Shown here piece after piece: positions 1-9,915 of a stretch of DNA of 64,000 bases. This stretch comes from Dimorphilus gyrociliatus (lineage: Eukaryota; Animalia; Annelida): NCBI GenBank assembly GCA_904063045.1, contig CAJFCJ010000019.1:1937700-2001699 (forward strand), written 5' to 3'. The stretch's first letter is position 1. Each line of letters begins with the position of its first letter. The notes beneath the pieces are model-generated. The model ran no database searches, was not told where the DNA came from, and saw only the letters and a program-made list of their open reading frames with translations. The position numbers were made by a program, and so were the translations under genes.

Positions 1-330
1 ACCTCCGAATAAGTACAGTTTATTCTTAACTGATGCCATGCAAGCACCCATTCGACCCGGTGGGATATCTCCAGTAACCGAAAGTGTTGCCCATTTTCCA
101 TTGTCTTAGATAGAAAACAATTAATATATTTTAGATTATAATCAAGAAATCAAATACTCACAGCAATCATATTCTAATAATTTATTACACTCTAGGTTTT
201 CACTCTTAGGTGATAATCCTCCAAATATATATAACTTGTTTTCGCTACTCAATGCACAACAATGCCCCTCTCTTGGTCCTTCTGGAATGTCTGATTCTTT
301 TTTAAAATGTATAATCGTCTCAGTCGACAT
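1..330 (-). CDS. Kelch-repeat protein, 5' part (exon 330-162, intron 161-105, exon 104 to window edge)
   Basis: Spliced translation gives two kelch repeats: GPREGHCCALSSENKLYIFGG and DIPPGRMGACMASVKNKLYLFGG; GTGAGT donor and AG acceptor keep the frame. Confidence 0.85.
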
Positions 331-410
331 AATTGTTATATAACTTTTAAAATTATAATAATATAGTTGAAAGAATTAAATATCTCATAGATGAGCGATA
401 AAGCAGAGTG

Positions 411-933
411 CCCGCCAAATACCATGTGACCGACTTCGCAATGCATGACGGTAGTTATTTACGATAGAATTCTCGATGCGCAATTTAAGAATATTTGCAT
501 TATCTGTCAATAACACGTAAATAATTAAAGGAATATTCCATATTTATTTTTACCAAAACCGAATAACAAAAGTTATTTACAATTAAAGATAGCAATAATA
601 CAAACGCAATAGTTTTTTCCCCAATTCGTAATTTTTACTTTACCCGCCAATGATCACGTGACGGGGAATGAAAAAGGCATCATGGTAGTTGAAGATAAAA
701 CGTTACGTAGACTTTATTTTAGTATTAAGTCTGTGTAGAACATCTAAAACAGCACCCCTAACAATTTTATATATTTATCTGATACCCAATTTATATATAT
801 ATCTTATTTCCTCTTAGCGATATTCAGCACAAGCTTAACAAATAAAGCAAAAGTTATTAAGTGCAATTCGTATGAGTGAGAACGCCCGCCTAATATCACG
901 TGACCTAACTGAACAAAGCATCTTGGTAGTTGT
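411..933. promoter_or_regulatory. Three repeated promoter modules (CCGCC-AAT / CACGTGAC E-box / ZNF143-Staf-like site) between divergent kelch and F-box genes
   Basis: Copies at 411-456, 643-691 and 886-933 share motif order and spacing. Confidence 0.6.
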
Positions 934-1632
934 TTACGACAAATTTTTTTTATTCGCACTCACCAGAAAATTTTCATTGGTAATATAATACAAACGAATA
1001 AAAATTAGAAAGATTTATAAACATCGCGTAAGAAAAATCGAGTAGTGACCTATTTTTTATATTCCGGAAAGAGACGAGCAAAGCCGACCTGTGCCAGCTG
1101 ATTATATGGAGAGACAATGCTCATAGAATGCGAAAGAAAACCGTTTAAAAATATGATCTGGTAAGTTAATTTACTTCTAACCTAACAAAAAGTGATCAAT
1201 ATATGATTGGGCTTGCGATTAGCATGTAAAATCCGTCGTTTAAGCGATTTAAGCAAAATATGTAGCGGAGCGGCTGACATGTAGAGGTGATTGACCTTTG
1301 AGCAACAAAGAATCCATCGAATACGGTAATATAAAGAAGGCATATGGCGTCCGACCACTAATTTAAGCCATATTTTCGTAGCCTAGTATCTTAACTTGAA
1401 CTCTAGCACCAAGCATACTTTATAGCCGACCTGGTTGTAGATACTTGCTAAAACAAAAACAGGACGCAAGACGAAATTCTTGCACATTTTTGCCTGTGTG
1501 GAAGCAGTATACTTCAGGTAAAAACAAAAACTGAAGGCACAGAGCATGTGTATGCTGATGTAATATTATATGAGTCAGATAAAGGCTTACACGAAAGAGC
1601 TCAATAGCATGTTATTTTTGCAGGCGACGGCT

Positions 1633-2925
1633 ATGGTAAGTGAACGAAAAACGGGTCGAAGGCGACGCCAGAGCAGTCCAATCGAAATCGAAGCTATGAC
1701 GACGGTAAGGATAAGACCGACTTGCGAAGACACAACAGAATTCGTAGGAAGGAGGAAGAAGGCTAGCATGGCGAGGTCGATATCGCCTTCGGGTTACTCG
1801 AATAGACGCGATTCGTTGACCGAATCGTTAGCGCTGATGTCCCGAAGTTGTGAAGATCACAGTAGTCTTAAACAAAATATCGAACGATTGAGAGAAACCT
1901 CGATGAGGGACCCGTCTTCGTTCCCTTTAGATAGCCTCGCTCCTGAACTTAAAGTGAAAATTCTTGAGCATTTACCCGTCAGGGAACGTGGTCGTATGGG
2001 TTTAGTTAACAGACAATGGAGGAGCTTAAGCAGGACCTGTAGTCTATGGAGTAGAGTTGACCTAACCGAATTTCCCCTATGTTATCACAACCAATGCAAA
2101 AGCCCTCAACTTTGCTACTCTTTTTATAAAAAGAAAGTGAAATCTTTTATTCGCTTCCTCATCAACATCAAACCGAACGTTAGAAGTTTTACAATGGCCT
2201 TCGATCTGCAGCAAGAGCACGAAGATGGTTGGAAAAGCGCGATGGAACAACTTCTGGGACAAATGAATTGCTCCGATTTAATGTCGGCTTGCCTCAACTG
2301 GACTGATACACCTGTAAAGCCACTTGGTATAGAGCACAATAAAACTTGGGGAGCATCGGATTATCGCGACATGCGCTACAATCAGCGTCTTCGTCAAAGG
2401 AAGTTTATCAGCTTTTTCGACTATTTCACGTTATTAGCGTCGAACGTCCGCAGCTTATGTTTACCCTTCGATTGGTCAGATCGATCGATGTTGTCCTTGT
2501 CGCGCCTATCGAATCTGGAATGTTTATCTGCGCTTCACTATGGACATTTTAAAGTGCCGGGTCAAAAGAACATAGACAGGCTATTTAGCAGTTTACCGAA
2601 TTTGAAAAGCGTCTCCTTGCAGGTCGTCTCCACTTATTCCTGCGCATTCTCTATCCGATCGAGTCAGCTTGAGTTGATGGATCTGAGTTCATGCAGAGGA
2701 ATCTACTTGATTCAATTGCGAACGCCCAATTTAACTAGCCTTAAGCTACCGCAAATCTCGCGTAGCGCCTATGTTTGTTATCAGGAAGATGATCCGCTTC
2801 CTTGTGTTGCGGACGTCCTAAAAGAAGGAGCTCCTAAAGTTCACTTGTTAAACGGATCTTCGAACTTTGACGATGTGCTTAGTACCGTGTGCGCTTGTAG
2901 TCGTCATTCGAACGTTTACGACTGA
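1633..2925 (+). CDS. F-box protein with degenerate LRR-like C-terminus, single coding exon
   Basis: F-box motif PLDSLAPELKVKILEHLPVRERGRMGLVNRQWRSL..LW; the ATG at 1633 follows a TTTTTGCAG acceptor, so it is preferred over 1570. Confidence 0.85.
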   Translation: MVSERKTGRRRRQSSPIEIEAMTTVRIRPTCEDTTEFVGRRKKASMARSISPSGYSNRRDSLTESLALMSRSCEDHSSLKQNIERLRETSMRDPSSFPLDSLAPELKVKILEHLPVRERGRMGLVNRQWRSLSRTCSLWSRVDLTEFPLCYHNQCKSPQLCYSFYKKKVKSFIRFLINIKPNVRSFTMAFDLQQEHEDGWKSAMEQLLGQMNCSDLMSACLNWTDTPVKPLGIEHNKTWGASDYRDMRYNQRLRQRKFISFFDYFTLLASNVRSLCLPFDWSDRSMLSLSRLSNLECLSALHYGHFKVPGQKNIDRLFSSLPNLKSVSLQVVSTYSCAFSIRSSQLELMDLSSCRGIYLIQLRTPNLTSLKLPQISRSAYVCYQEDDPLPCVADVLKEGAPKVHLLNGSSNFDDVLSTVCACSRHSNVYD

Positions 2926-3459
2926 TCTCATATGAAACGTTTAAGTTTTGCATGCGAAATAAGAATTCCGTGTTTTAACGTGTTTGAGATTTTATTCAAA
3001 ATTTTAATCCTTTCTTCTTTTTCGTATGTCTGATATGTTGTATAATGAAATTTTATAACACGTCGCTTTTGTAATAAACGACAATCGATGTAGGTACATA
3101 CAAATTTTAATTGTTATAGTTGGAAATTTTAATTTCTAATCTGACATCAGATATGACTCTTGAATTGCAACAGTGGTTATAGTTGAACTTTATATTAGTC
3201 ATGAACGGGTGTTGAACATTGGCCTCGTAATTTCAATGAACTTAGTGAAAAGCTGCTTTAAAATAGGACGAGCGGAAGTGCAGTGGTGTCATCTATGTTG
3301 CCAAGACGGGTTGGTTAATTGTCTTAAGAATTTTTTAAATACAGTTCAAAAAAATTATTTCTACAGGTTGTCTTTACTTTTGGAACATTTTCTTAATTCA
3401 TTCTCTTGCAAACTATCATAAAATTAGTAAAATATATCTAAATAGCTAATTCTCTCTGC

Positions 3460-3834
3460 ATGATAATGAGCGATAATACAATGGAGAAAAAATTAGACGC
3501 TATCGAGGGTGTTGACATTGACGCCGACGGTAGATTCAAGTATATTCTTATCAAGGTTGGGAAGGGAAGCATAAATAAGCTTATCGTTAGGGGATACGAT
3601 TCGTGTGGTTATCACGCAGATATACTAGACCTAGTCGAACCTGGTATTAGAGCGTTAGGTTTTGAAGTTGATTGTGTGGGAGGTGGAAGAATACTACATG
3701 AGCCTAATAAGAAATCAATTTTGGTTTATGGATATTCGCAAGGCTTTGGCCGAGCCGATCATGCAAAGACTGTTGAAATATTAAAACGTCAGTATCCGGC
3801 ATACAATATTACCTACAAAAATGAAGGATATTGA
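3460..3834 (+). CDS. PHPT1: 14 kDa phosphohistidine phosphatase (janus/ocnus family), intronless
   Basis: VDIDADGRFKYILIKV, IVRGY, YHADI, GGGRI, VYGYSQGFGRADH motifs. Confidence 0.95.
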   Translation: MIMSDNTMEKKLDAIEGVDIDADGRFKYILIKVGKGSINKLIVRGYDSCGYHADILDLVEPGIRALGFEVDCVGGGRILHEPNKKSILVYGYSQGFGRADHAKTVEILKRQYPAYNITYKNEGY

Positions 3835-6774
3835 GAATACATATATATTATAGTATACAGCATGTAATAATGCAATTCATTAAACCTTCGTAGTCTTTAT
3901 AAAATGCATATTTATATAAATATACATAAAAAATTTGAACAACTCTAAAATCATATATAAATTAATGTTATTTGAAGATTTCTCTATAATTTTTTAATAT
4001 TGCCAGACAATGGCACTATTTGTAGAAAATGAACAAACATGATAAAATAATCATGCTATTTATGAAAATGTAGCTTATTTAAGATAAAGGTTAAACGCTT
4101 CTACAAACATTTGCTGTTAATTATATAAAAGTTATGAAAAAGAAAGAAAGGAAAAGGAAATCATACAATTAACAAATATAAAAATCATGTCTAAGACGAA
4201 TAATGCAACAAGATAGTATAGCAAGATTCCTAAAATTCTCTTGATGACTTTTGTAAGATGAAAAAAAGGAAGGAAGTCATTTCTTTTTTCCTTTTGTTAA
4301 GTGATTTATCCTAGAAGAAAAGGAAGAAAATCACTACTGTCTCTAGTCACCCATTTTCCTACAGTACCAAGCCAATAGTGGCTTTAGGTCACGTCTTGTT
4401 ATATTACGTAAATAGACGGTTACAACAGTAATATAAAATGGGTTGTTTTACTATATTTCTTTTTCTGTACTTCAACTTTCTTCATTGAGATGATGTATAT
4501 AGATTTTATGGAATTGTAAATAAGATGTGAGTTTGTTGATTAAATTCATCGAAGCGATAAATTTTCAACAAAATTTTCTCATTAATTTTCCTTAATCGCA
4601 AATCGCCAGAACTCTCTGTTGGCTCTAATTGATTCTTTCGTTGTATCATCCAAATTTGCATATTATGAACTAGTTTTCTACCGAATGACCGCATCTTTAA
4701 AAGTCACGTACATATTGATGACGTAGTCTAATTAAGTTATTTGAAGTAGGATTCTCCTTGCTAAAACGTAAAGCCTGCCAACTCGGCCGCTATTGAAGCC
4801 CTATCTGTATTCTTATTTTTAACCCGTGTCTTATTACAGTGCCAGGAAAAGGTCAACCTTATGGAAGCTCCTTTCTATTGCTTATTGTATATAACGAGAA
4901 TTTATTTCAATATTGTTTGTTCAGGCCTCCCTAGTTTTTAATAGACAAGACCAATCCTTTTACAGATTTTGTGCTATACCATTAAATCTTGTACTCTATT
5001 TTTATCGCACAGTTCGTTAGCTATCCAAACCAAACAGATATAGTTTTATTGCTATCGTAGCGAACAAATCACGTTTATGCCCACATTTTCCCATCTACCA
5101 AGAATTTATTGCTTGTTGTATGTAATTGCTAATTAATAAAACAAAGGAACAGTCTGGAATTTCTCTTCCCTCTTATCGTAAAGGGAAAGACGTCGGTTAA
5201 AGGTTTTTATCGTATTTTTGTTTCTTCCTACAACATATCAAAAGCCAGACTCTCCTTTAGGATTTATCTTTTAAAAAATCTGAAAAAGAACTCTCTTTTC
5301 ACTATAAGCTTGGAGTCATAGGCTTGGTAAAGCTGAAGAATACATCAAGTGAAGAGAGAGAGAGAGAAAAAAAGAAAGCGAGAGAGCAGGAGAGGAGAGC
5401 GCGTGTGAGTGAGCAGCTAGAGAAGGAAAATGATGTCCTAGAAGTAGTGAAATATAAATCCATTAATTCCTAATACATAATTTCTCTATTTTACTAAATA
5501 AAAGTAGATTAATCGATAGTTCTTTAGACTTTTAAAATAATTTCCGTTCGTTTTAATTAAAGACTCACGGGCATTATTTGTAACCTACAAATTATCTACT
5601 AAACTTACAGAAAACTAGATTTCAACAATATTAGAAATAGGATGAACTTATACCCCAGTAACAAACTACAAAAGCGGTAATAATTGGTATCAAATTTCAT
5701 TCTGTATGGCAAACTATTCGCATTCTTTTAGCTTAGAATATAGCCTTGTCTGCTAACTGGAGCAGATTTATTGATTTTCATAACGACTATCAAATTAAAT
5801 ACTACATGAATTGTGGTTCGAATATATCACAGAGCAATCAATTGGGAATATATAAAAGCACTTAATGTTTATGTACAATGAATTAAGTAACTATATAATA
5901 CTTATAATGTTTTTATATACATACATTTTATTCAGCGTTTGAAAATGGCAAACAAAAACATTTAGATATTATTCGAAAGTGTTTCATTCAAAGCATGTTT
6001 TTTAAAAGCTATTTTGTTACTTTGCGTTCAAAAAATAAATAACAAAGGTAACCAAATTAGGTCCTTTTGTTTTCACGCCAACGCTTTAGCCATTCAATCG
6101 TATAAGAAATAATAGAAAAAAAATCGTTCAATATGAATTGTAGATTAAAACATCATTTTTGTTGAAGCAAATACTTCTTTCTAATAACAACACTTCATAC
6201 GTAAATAAACACACACATATACACAAAATTCTCAACATTTACAGAAATTCAATTCCAAAATCAACATATAATCAATTAACTAATTTAAACAAATCAAAAG
6301 TAAGTCTACAGCTCAAAGTTGTTATAATATACTATGAAAATAATAGTATAAGAACAAGGTAAAGGATTAATGAATTTGTAATTGATGGAAGTATTCTGAG
6401 ACTTTTTAATTTTGAAATAGATGATATAACAGCTGTTTCATGTAGAAAAAAAACACTATTTTTTACTTTATAATTGGTATATGTTTGAAACTTTATTCAC
6501 GATGAAGTGTTGATAATTTATAAAGTATATAGGAGAATGTTTAAGTAGACTATATATATATATACTGTATATGGGTTCTGTACATTTTAATTGAAATTAA
6601 TAATAATAATAATAATAATCATGATAAAGAAACAATACAAACATATACACGTCATAAATATTAATCAACATTAAAAAAAATTCTGTTTATTCTATTAATT
6701 AAAGTGACAGTGACCCTCAAACATGCTTTGAAAAAAAAATAAAAAAACAATTTTATTTTCCTAGGTAACAATTG

Positions 6775-7779
6775 TCACTCAGACTTGGTTTCTATGTTCA
6801 ATTTGGATTTTGCCATATACTCAATATCGTCCAAACTCATTGCATTTACGGTAACGTGAATATTCTGTAAAGGTTCATAAATATATTAACGATTATTTAT
6901 CAACATATTAAAAAAGATTTTTCCATAAAAAGTATTCAATATTAAATGCTTTATTAATCATTATAGGAGGACGAAACTTACTCTTTGAAACAAACGATAG
7001 ACTTCTTGGGCGTCTTGTTCTAAAAAGTGTTTCTTAAGAATTTTCATGAAAGACTCGCTAAAATTTAGAACTTGAGGTTTTTCATCTATGGTACTAGAGG
7101 TCGAGGAGTTTTGTTCTTGAGAAAATTTATCTGCAGCTTTAATGGTAGCGTGCAATCGAGCTCCATCGGTTATGTTATAGTCAGCTGTTGTTTTGGTATC
7201 TGCAGGTCAAATATGTGGAAAACAATTTTTTAGTACAAAAGCATAAAAGTTCTTGGAAAAGTTAACAGCGGTTAAGTTTGGTTTCTATTAATTATCGAAT
7301 TACGTTTAAGCCGAATTCGTTTCATTTATTAAAAAAAAATCAAGTCCATATTGGACAAATACTTAGACTATTTTAGAAAAATTTCAAGAAGTAGTAAAAA
7401 TGAGTTGGAAGAATATTTGTTACACAAATTGACTTCATGTACAAAATCCAATATGACAACTCGCTGGTAATAGTGAGAAATTACCTAGCAGGGGTTTTCC
7501 ATTAAAAACAAGCCTCATGTCTCCGACACCTATCTTTAGTTCAACGGCAACTTCATTCTTTAAGTCAACAATGGAACATCCTTCTCCTACCTATGATAAA
7601 TGCATGTTATATGGCGCTCGAATATAATGAACAAGACTAATTCAGGAGACAACCTTAATTGTATAGGATTTTCCAGCCTTTTCACCACTTAAAACTTTAA
7701 CGTGTATATTCATATTTGAAATAATATGCTTTTTTTGAGGAAGAACATTTAATGGATCATCGATCGGGCGTTTAGACAT
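6775..7779 (-). CDS. UBL4A: Ubiquitin-like protein 4A (GET5-like), 4 exons
   Basis: Spliced UBL domain (MNIHVKVL...MRLVFNGKPLLDTKTTADYNITDGARLHATIK) plus C-terminal KILKKHFLEQDAQEVYRLFQR...SLDDIE resembling the UBL4A BAG6-binding tail; introns in frame. Confidence 0.8.
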
Positions 7780-7814
7780 GGGGCATTTCAAAGCTTCTAC
7801 ACTTCACTCCATAG

Positions 7815-7837
7815 GTCACGTGACTACACGCCATTTT
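7815..7837. promoter_or_regulatory. Palindromic E-box GTCACGTGAC plus YY1-like CGCCATTTT in the UBL4A/SAP30BP bidirectional promoter
   Basis: Exact motifs at 7815-7824 and 7829-7837; the two ATGs are about 440 bp apart and divergent. Confidence 0.55.
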
Positions 7838-8220
7838 CTAATATTAGTTTCTTTCAATATTACATAAACGTAAATCTTAATTTTATTCCATTAAACTATT
7901 TTAACAAAGTTTTTGAGGTGAAAAAATACTCATTGAATAAGAATTTATTAAGTTCAGCTATACATCACATAGTAACGGTTTGCGATCTTTGCGTTGGAAA
8001 TGTTTTTGCTAGTGAGGTGCGTTTTTCAAAATAAATTCTTCTTAATATTAAATCTGGCTCTCAATAAATTTTCAGAAAATTTGTACAAATTGTAGAATTG
8101 ATTTTATGTTAAAGGTTACATTGATTAAATCAATTGTACGAAAATATTACATTTTACCATTTTCCTGTTCTTAAATATTTTACGTCCCCGAGACGTTAAC
8201 AAAACTGGTATACAGCCAAA

Positions 8221-9072
8221 ATGAACGCTGCTGGTGATTATTCTGCAATAAAAACTCTTATGGCTTACGTTGATGATCCTGATGAAAGTCACGATATTTC
8301 GAAATCCTTTGATGAAGATGACAAAATCAGCGATGAGGACACGATCGAACAACCGGAACCCCCAACTAAGAAGCCAAAGTCTCTCTCTCAGTTTCTGGAT
8401 ACTCCCGTTGGATCTGAATCAGGAACTCCCAAGAAAAAAGTCAGTAATTTAGTTTCATACGTTCCCGACGATAATGATATCACAGATGAGGAGAGTCCGA
8501 ATGAAGAGGAAAAGCCCGAATCAATACCACCAGACGATGAAATAGTAATGTCACCTCAACCGATTACACCTATTTCCGATAGAGAAGAAGAAGGGGAAAA
8601 AGAAGATGAATCGGGGGTAAAGCTTCCTCCCGAACCAGCGTCTAAATGCCCATCTGATGTTCAAGAGGCTTTTAAGAAATATCACGACGAAATGTTAGGT
8701 GGAAGAGATATTAATGCGCTTTACTTAAATAAGAAAAATTTAAAAAACCCTAGTATATATGATAAACTATTGCAATTTTGCAAAATCGATGAAAAAGGTT
8801 CAAACTTTCCTAAAGAGATATTCGATCCTCATAGTTGGAAAAAAACATCTTATTACGACGCTTTGTCAAATGCTCAAAAAATAGAAATGGACAAACGAGA
8901 GAAAGAGAAAAAAGACCGAACAAAAGTCGACTTTGTGTCTGGAACGAGAAAAGATGAATCAAAAAGAAAAAGTAAATGGGATCAAAGCGGAACAACTGGA
9001 GCTGCTCAATCGACAACGAAACATGTACAATCTAAAGGAACACTAATGAAGAAGAAGACACTTCAATTGTAA
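8221..9072 (+). CDS. SAP30BP: SAP30-binding protein (HCNGP family), intronless
   Basis: KNPSIYDKLLQFCKIDEKGSNFPKEIFDPHSW...YYDALSNAQKIEMDK and KRKSKWD motifs after an acidic N-terminus. Confidence 0.92.
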   Translation: MNAAGDYSAIKTLMAYVDDPDESHDISKSFDEDDKISDEDTIEQPEPPTKKPKSLSQFLDTPVGSESGTPKKKVSNLVSYVPDDNDITDEESPNEEEKPESIPPDDEIVMSPQPITPISDREEEGEKEDESGVKLPPEPASKCPSDVQEAFKKYHDEMLGGRDINALYLNKKNLKNPSIYDKLLQFCKIDEKGSNFPKEIFDPHSWKKTSYYDALSNAQKIEMDKREKEKKDRTKVDFVSGTRKDESKRKSKWDQSGTTGAAQSTTKHVQSKGTLMKKKTLQL

Positions 9073-9915
9073 TATATTTTTATAAAAGTTTTAAGCAAAA
9101 ATCTTAAAGCGTATCCTTGTAAATATTTATAGGTAAAAAATTATACGTATATAACATATATATATATATATATATATAATACAAACTTAAGGTAATGAGT
9201 TCGTATGCATATATGTGTCTATGTACTTTTGTCTTTGAGTAAAGTTTCTTTTCATCAAAAGAGCTAACTAATCATTGAACTGAATGACCTATCTTTATAT
9301 ATATATATATATATATATATTTGTATATTAGGATATTCAGTATATGCACTTATACAGCGTACAAAACAAGAGAATAACTAAAAATAAACTCGCTAAATTT
9401 GTGTGTAATAATTAAGTTATCGTGTTTATGTGTATATGTATAACAATAGTAACAAAGTCCTTTTAGAATTAACTACTTGCAAATTATTTCAGACAAACAT
9501 TAGTGAACTTCTCAAGGATAATGGAATAGTCTGTACTCATTTTAGTCTTAAACTACAAGCAATTTTAATATGGAATTTAAACAATTAGATCTCTAGGTTA
9601 CCTAGTATAGATTACCGTATTAAAGCGTATATTTTTTTAATACTTAAGAAGAACATCTATGCCAAAGCAAAGATTTATCGTAAACACGGAGATAATTGTT
9701 GTTTTTTAATGGTAAACGTGAACAAAACAATTTTATTAGAAACTTTAAAAAAAAAATTTGCTGTTTTTTTTCCAATTAAAATTATTCATGAATCAAACGA
9801 AATTTTAGTCTCTGCCCATTTTAAAAAAAAGAAAAAAACGCTTATGGCAAACAAACAAAAAAAGAGAAAAGAAAACAGTCCCTGAAAGAATTTTCTTCCT
9901 CTCATTTCCTCTTAT

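Noticed and set aside
4506-4694. 62-aa minus-strand ORF following an AG
   Set aside because: No recognisable motif and no phase-compatible partner exons found.
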